From: Octopus bimaculoides
Taxonomy: Eukaryota
Direction: 5' to 3'
Length of the DNA stretch: 63,943 nt
Assembly (NCBI RefSeq): GCF_001194135.2
Contig: NC_068998.1
Location: 38,588,819 to 38,652,761 of the forward strand
The position numbers and the translations under genes were made by a program. The notes beneath the pieces are model-generated. The model saw only the letters and a program-made list of their open reading frames with translations. It did no database searches and was not told the origin of the DNA. This document shows positions 27,136-40,395 of this stretch, in pieces (within the stretch, counting starts at the first letter, position 1; every line of letters begins with the position of its first letter).

Positions 27136-28155
27136 TTCAAAGAACTACTGTGACAATAAAGACACACATAGATGCATCATCACCACCTTTGCCACTACCA
27201 CTACTGCTGCCACTGCAACCACCACCACCACCACCACCACCACCACCTTAATACGCAAATAAAGTATATATATACACACATGTGTATGTATATAAGTATA
27301 TTGGTACAAGTCCTCAATTTGGGGNNNNNNNNNNNNNNNNNNNNNNNNNNNNNNNNNNNNNNNNNNNNNNNNNNNNNNNNNNNNNNNNNNNNNNNNNNNN
27401 NNNNNNNNNNNNNNNNNNNNNNNNNNNNNNNNNNNNNNNNNNNNNNNNNNNNNNNNNNNNNNNNNNNNNNNNNNNNNNNNNNNNNNNNNNNNNNNNNNNN
27501 NNNNNNNNNNNNNNNNNNNNNNNNNNNNNNNNNNNNNNNNNNNNNNNNNNNNNNNNNNNNNNNNNNNNNNNNNNNNNNNNNNNNNNNNNNNNNNNNNNNN
27601 NNNNNNNNNNNNNNNNNNNNNNNNNNNNNNNNNNNNNNNNNNNNNNNNNNNNNNNNNNNNNNNNNNNNNNNNNNNNNNNNNNNNNNNNNNNNNNNNNNNN
27701 NNNNNNNNNNNNNNNNNNNNNNNNNNNNNNNNNNNNNNNNNNNNNNNNNNNNNNNNNNNNNNNNNNNNNNNNNNNNNNNNNNNNNNNNNNNNNNNNNNNN
27801 NNNNNNNNNNNNNNNNNNNNNNNNNNNNNNNNNNNNNNNNNNNNNNNNNNNNNNNNNNNNNNNNNNNNNNNNNNNNNNNNNNNNNNNNNNNNNNNNNNNN
27901 NNNNNNNNNNNNNNNNNNNNNNNNNNNNNNNNNNNNNNNNNNNNNNNNNNNNNNNNNNNNNNNNNNNNNNNNNNNNNNNNNNNNNNNNNNNNNNNNNNNN
28001 NNNNNNNNNNNNNNNNNNNNNNNNNNNNNNNNNNNNNNNNNNNNNNNNNNNNNNNNNNNNNNNNNNNNNNNNNNNNNNNNNNNNNNNNNNNNNNNNNNNN
28101 NNNNNNNNNNNNNNNNNNNNNNNNNNNNNNNNNNNNNNNNNNNNNATATATATCC

Positions 28156-28198
<43 letters not shown>

Positions 28199-28224
28199 CG
28201 TGCGTGTGTGTGTGTGTGTGTGTG

Positions 28225-28290
28225 TATCATCATCATCATCATCGTTTAACGTCCGCTTTCCATGCTAGCATGGGTTGGACAATTTGACTT
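28225..28290 (-). mobile_element. RTE-tail family D extreme 3' end
   Basis: (cat)n cgtttaacgtccgctttccatgctagcatgggttggac. Confidence 0.8.
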
Positions 28291-28469
28291 AAGCCTTCAT
28301 TAAGTTAAAATTTCATAGGCACATGAAACATGAATAATCATTCAAACATTTGCCATGAATGAAATTTTAGCCATTTTCGACTTGAAGGCTAGGTTGCCAT
28401 AAATGAGATTTTAGCCACATATGACATGATAGGTAGGTCATTGGTAAGCTTGATTCCTATTGGTTGGGA

Positions 28470-28790
28470 CAAACTAACTTCTCACCAAAATCGCTCCTAT
28501 TGACCTCTTGTTATAGTACTGTACCAATTATTGAAAACCTTCAAGCTGGAGATTCTATTTATACCTGCTATAAGGGGCCTTAATCATAAATGGGGATGGA
28601 TAGCTTTCTTATTGATATATTATATGGTCTTTTCATTTTGGTTCCTGAATGGTAATGTTTACCTGTCTTGTGAGCTAAGGTAATATAATATCGTTATTGT
28701 TAGTTTGGAAGTAGTTATATTTAAGCCAAATTCCTTGAATATATTTTTCAAGTCATTTTTATCTTTCTGGTTAGATTAATGGAACTTTTG
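28470..28790 (-). mobile_element. Penelope-like element RT fragment (decayed)
   Basis: KDKNDLKNIFKEFGLNIT...ITL..KTG...YINKKAIHP...INRIS matches the region downstream of the catalytic DD in Penelope-type RTs. Confidence 0.65.
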
Positions 28791-28797
28791 TGCCATT

Positions 28798-28933
28798 GTA
28801 ATTAAGTCGTTCCACAGAACTGTAAAGAAAGCCCTCTGCACATTCACTCAATTTTATATCACTGTCAAAATTCCTTCTCTTGTAAGTCTAGACTTCAGGA
28901 AGCAATTTACAGTGATGAACAACCTTGATATTA

Positions 28934-28983
<50 letters not shown>

Positions 28984-29298
28984 TATCAAAAGGTGGATGT
29001 TATATCACAATGGCTTCTACTGAGACATAAAATATAAAGACCTACTGTTCGATGTCTCCATGGGAAGCTATGACAGGACAAATGTGGCTGGACTTGCAGG
29101 TTTATTTATTGTTGATATAAGGAAGCCTCATATCATATCTCAGGTCTGTTGAGTGGGGGGGGAGAGATGGCTTGGCAGTATCAAACAACATGAATGGTTA
29201 TATCATGGATAAATTCAGGAATGACTTGACAGGAATATTCAAGAAATTTGCTGCCAATCTGATAATAGCTAACTTCTTAGATATCACATTAGGTCTGG
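28798..29298 (+). mobile_element. Penelope-like element RT fragment (decayed, with an (AAT)n insertion)
   Basis: VIKSF...CTFTQFYI, LFDVSMGSYDRTNVAGLAGLFI, RDGLAV, DKFRNDLTGIFKKF and NFLDITLGL correspond to FDVTMGSYDGAE / DDGLA / NFLDVTL motifs. Confidence 0.75.
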
Positions 29299-29389
29299 AG
29301 ATTTGGCTGCTATTTCTTGCAAGCTGAGTGACTACACTAAGGCTCTTTCACTGCTGGATTGAATATCAGTTTACTGCTGTGTATATTTC

Positions 29390-29612
29390 TGGCAGAAACG
29401 TTAGCACGCCGGGCGAAATACTTAGCGGTATTTCGTCTGCGGTTACGTTCTGAGGTCAAATTCCGCCGAGGTTGACTTTGCCTTTCATCCTTTCGGGGTT
29501 GATAAATTAAGTACCAGTTACGCACTGGAGTCGATGTAATCGACTCAATCCCTTTGTCTGTCCTTGTTTGTCCCCTCTGTGTTTAGCCCCTTGTGGGCAA
29601 TAAAGAAATAAG
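29390..29612 (+). mobile_element. SINE family A (tail A1)
   Basis: Near-identical to 21694-21924 and 58163-58393. Confidence 0.9.
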
Positions 29613-29699
29613 AATAGGTACAGTGACCTCTGCATATCATAAATGTGGGTACTGGGAAAGGCATTCAACAATTCCTCAAAAAGTTCCATCAACCCATTA

Positions 29700-30275
29700 T
29701 CATGGTCATTGTTATCGTCATATATCATACGCCCGTAGCACATTGACAACACAACAATGAAATTCTTCCCAAGTAAGCATGAGTCCTCCAGCTGCCTTGC
29801 CACTCTTGTCCAACCAGCTCACGATATTGTCCAGCCATTGCATTCTTTGCCTGCCTTTTGATCTACCACCCTCCACTCTTCATTCCATAATAATGTTTTC
29901 CAGACCTCTGTTTCTTTGAATATGGCCATAATCAATGAGCTTTTGGTTTTTACACAATGTTCAAGAGTTGTCGTCTTTCACTTACTCATTTGTCCAATCG
30001 ACTCCTGGCATTCTTCTATACTCCCACATTTCAAATGCATTGATTATATTCTCTTCAAATTTACTCAGGGTCCATGCCTCACAACCATAAATGCTCATTG
30101 GCCAAATGAGGGCTTGCACAGGCCTTGTTTCTAACTGAGAAGGGACACTTTTACTACTCCAGATTCTATCAAGCTTCTCCATGGACGTTCTTACCATGGC
30201 TGGTCAAGTCCTAATTTCTTTCTTAACATGTGGCATCATCAAAGACTTGGGTTCCAAGATGCATGTACAATTTGA
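29700..30275 (-). mobile_element. RTE-clade (BovB-like) LINE 3' fragment
   Basis: YMHLGTQV, MEKLDRIWSSK, IYGCEAWTL, AFEMWEYRR and VEGGRSKGRQRMQWLDNI are typical RTE C-terminal motifs. Confidence 0.85.
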
Positions 30276-31157
30276 CCTGTTCAAACCGGTATGAAAAAGT
30301 GAGCATTAAAAAAAAACTATACAATGATGACAATGACGACGATAATGGTTGTAGTGTTGTTGTTGTTGTTGTTGGTGGTGGTGGTGATGGTGGTAGTGGT
30401 GGTGGTGACAGTGGCTGTGGTGGTGGCAGCATTGATAGTAGTGGTATTGTGATGGTTTATGAGGTTGGATTGTCTCCATGACAAAACGCTATATTCATGT
30501 CGTAAGTGTTGCACCAGTCACCGTCACAGTGATCACCTCTTTGATTAGTTTGATTAAGTAATTGTGAAAGTAAATCTATTTCCATTCTAAAGTAAAAATA
30601 TTTGTTTTGCAACTATTTCCGATTCTGTTCTGGCTTTTGTGCTAAGAACAAAAACAAAAAAAAACAAAAAAAACAAATTTCTTTGAAATCTTTGTAATGA
30701 CTAAGTTTTTACATTGTAAGTAATGATTACTCCCTATCATCATATTCTATTCAGATAATAGATACTAGCATTCACAGAGACTTCCGTTTCGTAATAATAA
30801 ATGCCTTGTGTGTGTGTTTGAAACAGGATCTGAGAACAATCTGTCTAATTACTGGACTTATAATTATTACAATCTTGAAATTTGAATGTCATTTCAATCA
30901 AGACTTGTGAAGATAAACAGCTGAGAACAAGCAGTAGAATAAGATTATCAGGGAGATTATAACAGAAAGTTACAATGGCATAATTGGTCCGCTGCTAAAT
31001 TATAAACGTCTGAGTTAAGAGTTCAGACTCCATGGCAAACATGGTTTCCAGTTCAATCCCACAAATATGGCACCCTTGGGCCATTGTCTTCTGCTATAGT
31101 CGCAGGACCTACCAAAGCTTTGAGTGAGTTTGAGAGATGCAAACTGAAAGACACTGA

Positions 31158-31205
<48 letters not shown>

Positions 31206-31329
31206 GCTGTAGTGAACACCTATATAGTGTGTGTGTTTGATTGGCAAAATATGACCATCCCCAAGTATGACATATATATATATATATACATATATATTTC
31301 TATGTATGTATATATGTATGTATGTATGC

Positions 31330-31368
<39 letters not shown>

Positions 31369-31411
31369 TATATATACCTTCACACACACACATACATACA
31401 CACACACACAT

Positions 31412-31565
31412 ACAGGCTGCAATGCTATTTTATATTATTAATTTTGTGCATTGTTTGTTTTTGATTTTGTTGATTACACAGTATAGTAGGATCAGTTGGG
31501 CACTGTTTGTGAGAAAAGCAGCTCCATGACACAATTCCCTCTGCCAGAAATTTGGAAATGACATC
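31412..31565 (+). mobile_element. maT family 2 5' fragment
   Basis: gtatagtaggatcagttgggcactg...atgacacaattc is the reverse complement of the 5' end of the copies at 22520-22620 and 48390-48480. Confidence 0.75.
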
Positions 31566-32004
31566 TGTACCTCTATTGAAAGGAAGATAACGAAAATTAA
31601 ACCAATAATAATAGTAATAGTGATGTAATCTTGTATTTGATTGACTGTTTGCCAATATCGAATAACATCCTCAATTTTTAGGTGTTTCTATAAGTTAAGT
31701 CAATCTCCTTTCGTTTGAAAGATGTACCATATTCACTTGTGTACAAATCACACTATTTTGTACTTGATTTCAAATGAAAATAAAACTACGGTGTGATTTA
31801 TAGACACATCAAAGCCAAAACTATGATTGGGTGAAAAACATTTGTATCTAAGTACAACTCTAAATTAGGAGTGCAACTTATAAATGAGCACAACTTACAT
31901 ACAGGTAAATATGGTATGTTTTTATGTGTTCTGAGCATGCAGTTCACGCACACATACCAATTATCTCCCTACAACACTCAGGGCTAATAGGATTAAACAA
32001 CAAA

Positions 32005-32255
32005 ACGGATCCTGAAGAAACAGAATAAATACTGAACTGGACAACAGTTCTAATCTTGAATAACAGATCGGATTGCACAGAGCAGAACAGATCCCAAAGT
32101 ACAAAGCATAACCTGAACATAATAGCTCGATCTTAAATATTGTATCAGATTCTGAATAACAAATTTGATTCTGAATAACCAGTCAAATCCAGAGTAACAA
32201 ATCACTCCTAAATATACCCATTAGATTCTGGATAAGAGATAATCTAAATGATCCC
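32005..32255. repeat. Degenerate ~19-bp minisatellite (about 13 units)
   Basis: Units resemble cagattctgaataacaaat, ttgattctgaataaccagt, ctaatcttgaataacagat, tagattctggataagagat. Confidence 0.65.
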
Positions 32256-33654
32256 TACATAATAATAACTTATTATCTGATAGTTTCTGAACCTTAAATA
32301 ATACCTTTTAAACAATGTTAAAAAAAAACCCAAAACAAAACAAAAATTTAGAATAGGTGTTGGAAGTTTGAACATGCAAGGGCTTTTGAATTGTCGAGGG
32401 AGTGATGAGAGATGGCTAAAACAAAAGCATGGTTTACTGTGAGGTAAATCTCTCTTTGTTGTGCAGTAATGTCTTCCAATTAAACTTCAAGCACCAAAGC
32501 TTCTGAGCTTCCTTCAGGGAAGATACATTAATATGAAAATTACAGCTTTGATTGTATAAGCTCTATGTTGTCAGATGATTGCACAGGTAGACAAAGTGGT
32601 TTCCTCCCTCTCGTACTGGATCTAATCAGAAGCTATCAGTGCAATTATTTGTTGTTGCGGAGTAATGAAGCCATCACAGGGGATCAATTAACACTTAGAG
32701 AGAAAGAATCCTAGCAATAAAAGCTGTCCTTCCAGAATGATCTTTCTAAACAGCATCAATATTAAGCTGGCTCCAATTCAATAAAGAATTATCAGCCATC
32801 TGTAAAATGATAACAGAGAATAAATACTCTCCATATCGGTGACCAGCTAAAGTAGGTAGGTTTCGGTGCACTTATTAAATTGCTATTTAATCAATACGTC
32901 CATTGTGAGAATGGTCAGTAGGTCTTTGGCACAAAATACAGTAGCATGGTGACAAAATCAACAACAAAAGCAACAACAACAACAACAACACTATTCAGTA
33001 TAATGTCATTTCAAAACTAAGCTATCCCCTCCCCCACCCCTGCCTGCTTTATCTTATTGCTTTTGATATAGAAATGAAACTTTAGACATGATATTTATCG
33101 TTGGGGAAAGCATGAACATCACAATATCTGCTTATCAGTCCACTATGTAAATCAGAAATGTTGTACTACTTATGAAGCCTGTCTCCTCACGTTTACCCTC
33201 GTCATCATTGTCATCATTATCATTGTCATCATCATCATCATCATCATCATTGTTGGTATCATTATCATCATCATCACCACCTCAACCATCATTTACACTG
33301 CTAACATAACATTGCTAACACTACCAAATCACCACCACCACCACCACCATCAAGCCATCATCATCATCAACATTATCATCATCACCACTATCACCACCAC
33401 TATCATTACCATCATCGTTGTCTTCCTCATCACCGCCGCTGCCGTCGTTGTCGTCGTCGTCGTCGTCGTCAATATCCTTGTAGCCGTCATCATACTTTTC
33501 TTTACCATGTCTGGTTAATTTTTCATAAATCGATTCTGGATAAACTCCCACTGTTTTCGTAATTAGTTCAAGTAATGTCCCCTTCATTTGTCACCCTTGT
33601 GGCAAATAAAACAAATAACAGCAGTAATTATTATTATTATTATTATTAAATCAA

Positions 33655-33920
33655 TAATGGCGGTTGACTGACGGAATTATTAGACCATCAGACGAAAATG
33701 CCTGGCAGTATTTCTTCTGAGTCTTTACATTCCTAGTTCAAATCTTGCCATGGTCAATTTTGCCTTTCACCCTTTCATGGCTGATCAAATAAAGTACCAG
33801 CTGAGTGCTGGGGTCCATGTAATCAGCTAACCCCTTCCCTTCAAAATTTGGGCTTTGTGCCTATAGTAGAAAAGGTTATTATTATTATTAATTATTATTA
33901 TCATCATCATCATTATCATT

Positions 33921-33976
<56 letters not shown>

Positions 33977-34188
33977 TATGGTGGCAGGCTGGCAGAATTG
34001 TTAGCATGCCTGATGATATGCTTAGTGGTATTTTGTCTGCTGCTATGTTGTGAGTTCATCCTTTTAGGGTCGATAAATTGCCTTTTGTCCTTTTGGGGTC
34101 GATAAATTAAGTACCAGCTAGACATTGGAGTCAATGTAATCAACTATCCCCTCCCCCAAATTTCAGGCCTTGTGCCTATAGTAGAAAG

Positions 34189-34195
<7 letters not shown>
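33655..34195 (+). mobile_element. Two tandem SINE family A copies (tail A2) separated by (ATT)/(ATC) tracts
   Basis: Heads at ~33658 and ~33980; tails ...aaatttcaggccttgtgcctatagtagaaag(att)n. Confidence 0.8.
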
Positions 34196-34240
<45 letters not shown>

Positions 34241-34244
34241 GTTG

Positions 34245-35445
34245 TCATTGTTCAACATTTGGTAGTTTCAGACAAATTTCTACTGCTACACCTCCATGTT
34301 GCTTGGGTGTGTGCAGCATTGGGTGCTCTTTTTGTTGTTGGGAGTGTGAAAACCCTTCCTTGGTATCATATTGCATCAGTTTCTTTTTTTTTATGGAGGT
34401 GTGTTGCAGTCTTTTGTTGTATTGGTGTTTGTATTGTGTGTCATGTGCATAATGCATTGAATACATAGTCTGTTGGTGGTAATTTATTTTATTGGATATT
34501 TACTGTATAGAGTGTGTCTCATGTTTGTGGATTGTTTTGTTTAGGCTGTATTAAGGAGTTGATAGTGTCTTGCATAGGATGTGGCCTGTTCCTCGCAGGG
34601 TTATTTTTTGGATTAGTAAGTAGTGTTGAGGATCCAAGTACGGCTTCTATGTTTTTAATAAATGCTATGAAGGGGCTTTTCTTGCCATCGTTTTATCATG
34701 ATCTGTTGCTGTTCCAGTTTTAGTTTGGATTTCAGTTGTTTTATAGCTTTTGTTGTTTCTTCTTTTTCTTCATAGTTGTTAGGTCCTGTGACTTCTTTTT
34801 GGTATTTGTCAGTTTCCTCAAAGACTGAAAACAGTTTTTTGCTTTGTTCGTGTTTTGTGGCTATTTGTATTAGTTTTCCTTGCTTCAGAAGTAGATATTT
34901 CTGTAGTCCTATGGTGATTATTTTGCAATAGTTTTCTAGCTGTATAAGGCCTCTACTACCTTCAATATGTTGTACATATAACCTTTCTATGTCAAATTTT
35001 GGGTGGTGCATCCTAAACCCTGTCATTATTTTTCTTGTTTTCCTGTCCATTTTGATTAGTTCATTTAGAGTCGAGTTAAGAATATTGTAGCAATAACTTA
35101 TAACTGGGACGACTAAAGTGTTGATACCTATTATCTTGTTTTTCACATTGAGCTCTGTTTTCAGTATTAATCTAACTCATCTATAATATTCTTTTCTTAT
35201 CTTCTCTTTCATTTCTGTGTGTTGTATCATATCTAGTTCATTGATTCCTAAGTATTTGTATGTCTGGCTTTGGTCTAATTGTCTTATTTCATTTGCTTTA
35301 TCTACAGTGATGCTGCTACTCTTAACTAGAATTCCTCTTTTCAAGGTTGCTTTGGCACATTTGTCTGTAGTAATATTTCCAGCTGTTCATCATTTGTAGT
35401 GCACTGTTTTAGATCATAAGAGGTGGCTGATTGTTTTGCTGTAAC
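34245..35445 (-). mobile_element. R4/Dong-clade non-LTR retrotransposon, 5'-truncated and internally deleted
   Basis: DKCAK...YKYLGI...NKIIGINTLVVPVISY...MDRKTRKIM...HHPKFDIERLYV..IEGSRGL. C-terminus IQK-like...GTGHIL, a long 3' UTR and an (AAT)n tail. Confidence 0.88.
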
Positions 35446-35500
35446 AGCTGTATCAATGGAGGGGAGAGAACATGTTGTTATTATTATTATTATTATTATT

Positions 35501-35780
35501 CAGTAGTTTTATTTTTATAACGTGCTTTCACTTCACTACCGAGCGCAGCTCTGTGCGCCTTGGGTATGTGCTGTGGTTTGCTGTGATGCTCTTATGGTTA
35601 CTGTATTGAAAGTGTTTTGCGTAGGATGCGTGCAGTGCCCAGTAGTGCTATTTTCTGTATGTTATATATATTTGTAAGTCCTGGTGTATTTGCTATGTAT
35701 TTGTCTGAATATTTTTTTTATTATACCTAAGGCACCTACTATGATAGGAATTGTTTCTGTTTTTAGATTCCACATTCGAG
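35501..35780 (-). mobile_element. Second R4/Dong-like family, 3' end only, flanked by (TAA)n on both sides
   Basis: RMWNLKTETIPIIVGALGIIKKYSDKYIANTPGLTNIYNIQKIALLGTARILRKTLSIQ* then a short UTR ending actactg(aat)n. Confidence 0.88.
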
Positions 35781-36799
35781 TTATTATTATTATTATTATT
35801 NNNNNNNNNNNNNNNNNNNNNNNNNNNNNNNNNNNNNNNNNNNNNNNNNNNNNNNNNNNNNNNNNNNNNNNNNNNNNNNNNNNNNNNNNNNNNNNNNNNN
35901 NNNNNNNNNNNNNNNNNNNNNNNNNNNNNNNNNNNNNNNNNNNNNNNNNNNNNNNNNNNNNNNNNNNNNNNNNNNNNNNNNNNNNNNNNNNNNNNNNNNN
36001 NNNNNNNNNNNNNNNNNNNNNNNNNNNNNNNNNNNNNNNNNNNNNNNNNNNNNNNNNNNNNNNNNNNNNNNNNNNNNNNNNNNNNNNNNNNNNNNNNNNN
36101 NNNNNNNNNNNNNNNNNNNNNNNNNNNNNNNNNNNNNNNNNNNNNNNNNNNNNNNNNNNNNNNNNNNNNNNNNNNNNNNNNNNNNNNNNNNNNNNNNNNN
36201 NNNNNNNNNNNNNNNNNNNNNNNNNNNNNNNNNNNNNNNNNNNNNNNNNNNNNNNNNNNNNNNNNNNNNNNNNNNNNNNNNNNNNNNNNNNNNNNNNNNN
36301 NNNNNNNNNNNNNNNNNNNNNNNNNNNNNNNNNNNNNNNNNNNNNNNNNNNNNNNNNNNNNNNNNNNNNNNNNNNNNNNNNNNNNNNNNNNNNNNNNNNN
36401 NNNNNNNNNNNNNNNNNNNNNNNNNNNNNNNNNNNNNNNNNNNNNNNNNNNNNNNNNNNNNNNNNNNNNNNNNNNNNNNNNNNNNNNNNNNNNNNNNNNN
36501 NNNNNNNNNNNNNNNNNNNNNNNNNNNNNNNNNNNNNNNNNNNNNNNNNNNNNNNNNNNNNNNNNNNNNNNNNNNNNNNNNNNNNNNNNNNNNNNNNNNN
36601 NNNNNNNNNNNNNNNNNNNNNNNNNNNNNNNNNNNNNNNNNNNNNNNNNNNNNNNNNNNNNNNNNNNNNNNNNNNNNNNNNNNNNNNNNNNNNNNNNNNN
36701 NNNNNNNNNNNNNNNNNNNNNNNNNNNNNNNNNNNNNNNNNNNNNNNNNNNNNNNNNNNNNNNNNNNNNNNNNNNNNNNNNNNNNNNNNNNNNNNNNNN

Positions 36800-37170
36800 C
36801 TTTTGCCAAACCGCTAAGTTACGGAGACGTAAACATACCAGCATCGGTTGTCAAGCAATGGTGGGGAGACAAACACAGACACAAACAAACACACACACAC
36901 ATACATATGTATGTTGCCATCCGGTTTCACCAGTCCTCAGTCAAATCGTCCAACCCATGCTAGCATGGAAAGCAGACATTAAACGATGATGATGATGATG
37001 ATGATGACGACGGGCTTATTTCAGTTTCTGTTTACCAAATCCAATCACAAGGCTTTGGTCGGCCCGAGGCTATAGTAGGAGGTACTTTCCCAAGGTGCCA
37101 CACAGTAGAACTGAACCCAGAACCATGTGGTTGGTAAACAAGCTACTTACCACACAGCCATTCCTGCGCC
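36800..37170 (-). mobile_element. SINE family B with a family D fragment (~36915-37010, +) inserted
   Basis: B body and head on the minus strand, split by gccatccggtttcaccagtcctcagtcaaatcgtccaacccatgctagc...(gat)n. Confidence 0.82.
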
Positions 37171-38091
37171 TATATGTATATATGTATGTATATATACTCA
37201 CACACATTTAAAATTTTTGTTTTTTTCAAGAATTGGACACGGAAAAACAAAATGATAATCATTGTCTCTTGATAAGTCTCCAGTCTTTGAGATTATCTAT
37301 TATTCTCAGTTTGAACTGGTTCCTTTTTATCATTAATGCCTTTGGGAAAAAAAACATTAACATAAAAAATGTGCATTACCACACACCCATAAATATCAGA
37401 TTTTTATGTTTACCATATATGTCTTGGTTAAATTGACATAAAAATATCTTGCTGCCATAATATCAGATGGAAAGAATGAATTACTATTGAGTTGTAATCT
37501 GAATTTTTTTCATGGAAGTACTCGCTCAGGTGAGTCCTTCGTGTTACCTTTTCCCTTTTCTATACACTAACTTGGACCCAGTTTTCATTCTAGGTAGGGC
37601 AATGGTTTGTAGAAATGGAAGTGGTTACTGAAAATGAATTGAAATAAAAATTCATAAAAAATTTGAGAAAAGTCAGGGGCTCTCAACTGTAGTTGTACCC
37701 AATATGCAAGGTCTTTCCAAAAAGACCTGAAGTTTGTGGCTGTTCTTTGTAGCATCATCAACTTCCAAGTAAATCAATGGATTGGGCCATAAAGTATTTA
37801 TTTATCCTCAGCAAGCCATAGCATACATAGATCAGAATTGGGTTCCTTGACCCATGGGGCCTCAGGGCAAACTGCCCAGTGTCCATACCTTAAGACAACA
37901 CTGCAATAGCTTATATTTGGCAATTTGTAACATATTGAGGGGCAGCATTGAAGCTCTAGTGTATTTCATATATTAGGTCAAATGTGAAGTGAGAGTTCTA
38001 CTAGATTAACATGTTCCATTAATGCCCATCAACTCCTGTTTGGCAAAGTCAAGTTTAAATTTAAGATGGCTGTTGTTTTATCACCATCTAA

Positions 38092-38312
38092 CCCTTTGGT
38101 ATTTAAACTGACCAGATCCCGCCAAAATATTCTATCTGTTTTATGTTCAAAGTGACCAGATCCATTCTTTCCAACTTACCCTACAATGTCATTCTAAGAA
38201 TAAAACTATTACATCATTGAAATCTTAAAGCTATGAGATAATGTATGGTTAATTCAAAACAATTTAAATAAATAAGTGTTACATTTGACAGAATAATCTG
38301 AATGCTAAAGGG
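38092..38312. mobile_element. piggyBac-type MITE
   Basis: (c)taa-CCCTTTGG ... CTAAAGGG-ttga; CCC/GGG termini inside TTAA-like sites. Confidence 0.82.
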
Positions 38313-39193
38313 TTGAAGCTGCAGGAAAGTTCAAAGTTAAAAGTGTGAGATAACAAAACTCCCACCAACTTTACAGTCCTGCCACTGTTTATAGCAGTTA
38401 ACTATTTCACGTTGTATGCCTTGGGGATGACTTTGGACTATATCAAACAGTGGGGCCCTGGTTCAGAAGTTCCAAGGTTTTGAAGAATTTGGAATTATCT
38501 TATGGCCACTACTATTTCTACATCTACTCTAGCCTAGATACTAGTACCTGTCAGGGCCCCAGCTATGGGCTAATTAGCATATTAGGGCTCACCTACGTAT
38601 GCATTATGGAGTGTAGAGAGCAAGATGACACAAGTAAGACATCTTGGTTGTCCACTGCATCTGTCTCCATCCTTAGTTGTCTTGACCTGGTCTTGTCACT
38701 GGACTGGAGATGGTCACACAATGGAGTGAGGTGGACAATGTGCAACTCTTCTTCACATTAAACAAAGACACAGCATAAATCAACAGTCTTCCTTAAGGAA
38801 AGTTAGGTGGTCCTCGTTGCTCCAATGGATGAGCATGAGTTTGGTCAAAGGCACAAAAGTCACTGCCAATGACATGATATGAACCACTAATCTCTAAGTT
38901 GGTTCCTATATCACTTTAAACAAAGTCATAGCATAAGTCAACAGTCATCCATTAGGATAACCACACACATACACATACACTCATTCATACACTCTCTCTC
39001 ACTCACTCACACTTACACAAACACACTCACACACATACACATACATTCATACACTCTCTCTCACTCACACATACACAAACACACTCACACACACACACAC
39101 TCATTCATACACACTCTCTCTTTCTCATACATACACACACACACTCACACACATACATACACACTCATTCATACACTCTCTCGCTCTCTCTCT

Positions 39194-39224
<31 letters not shown>

Positions 39225-39289
39225 GCACACTCACTCTGTCTCTCTCTTTCTGTCATACACATACACACACACACACACACACTCATTTG

Positions 39290-39480
39290 AAGGCACATAG
39301 TCAAGTGCTTCGGGTATTGTGCTCATGATTGCAAGATTGTGGTTTCAATTCCTAGACCAGTCGTTGCGTTGTGTTCTTGAGCAAGACACTTCTGTTTCGT
39401 GTTGACTCAGCTCTAAACATCCTGTGATGGACAGGCATTCTGTTCAGGTGGGGAATGCTGGCCAACCTACCCAGCCAATG
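39290..39480 (+). mobile_element. SINE family C, decayed
   Basis: gtggtttcaattcctagacc...gtgttcttgagcaagacactt...cctgtgatggacaggcattctgttcagg. Confidence 0.7.
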
Positions 39481-40395
39481 GGGGGGGGGGGTAGCTTTAT
39501 ATGAAAATGTTGTTACATGTGATAATCTGGTCAATACAGGGATACAGTGATATATGCATGTGTGTGTGTGTGTGATTGTGTGTGCGTGTGCAGTGTGTGT
39601 GCGTGTGCAGTGTGTGCGTGCGTGTGCAGTGTGTGTGTCTGTGTGTGTGTGATTGTGTGTGTTTGTGCCTGTGTGTCTGTGTGTGTTTGTGTCTGTATGT
39701 GTATGCACGTGCACACATGTGCATATATGTAAATGTGTGTGTGTGTCTGTGTTTGTTTGTGTATGTGTGTGTATATGTGCATGTGTGTGAGTGATTGTGT
39801 GTATATGTATCTGCATCTGTGTGTATGTACGCCTGTGCATGTGTGTCTGTGTGTGTGTGTGGGGGGGGTATGTGTATGTGAGTGTGCATGTGTGTGTGGG
39901 GCATGTGTATGTGAGTGTGCATGTGTGTGTGTGTGTCTATCTGTCTGTGTCTATGTGTGTGCATGTCTGCGTGTCTACGTGTAACACACCTAATATGTTC
40001 TATTTGTCACTGAACCACTCACAAATTATCATAGAAATGGCTGTTCAAGTGCTGACAAACTTGTTTTTTTTGTGTATATCTTTGAAAATTACCAAATCAA
40101 AATAATCATGCATCTTCATAGCTGAAGTTTCCTTGATGCCAGAAAATACAGTGTTTTTGGCAACGAATACAGCAGAACTGCAATGACAGGATGCAAACCT
40201 GCTGACACCATGTTTCATTATCTGAGACTCTCTTTACTCAGATATTGCAACATTCTAAAACTCATTGCTCAAAGATAAGGAGACACTCATTAATTATACA
40301 ATACTCTCGTTAATTGCCATGGTAAAACAGTATGTACTGCACAGCACCTGGCTCGTTAAAAAGAGAAATCTGTTTTAAGTCTACAGGCTCATTAA

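Noticed and set aside
32480-32530. Minus-strand cctgaaggaagctcagaagct... as a possible Penelope hammerhead or 3' end
   Set aside because: Cores and stems could not be assembled, and no GIY-YIG motif was readable upstream.
38960-39290. ~60-bp higher-order periodicity in a CA/CT tract
   Set aside because: Explained by slippage duplication of compound microsatellites; nothing suggests function.
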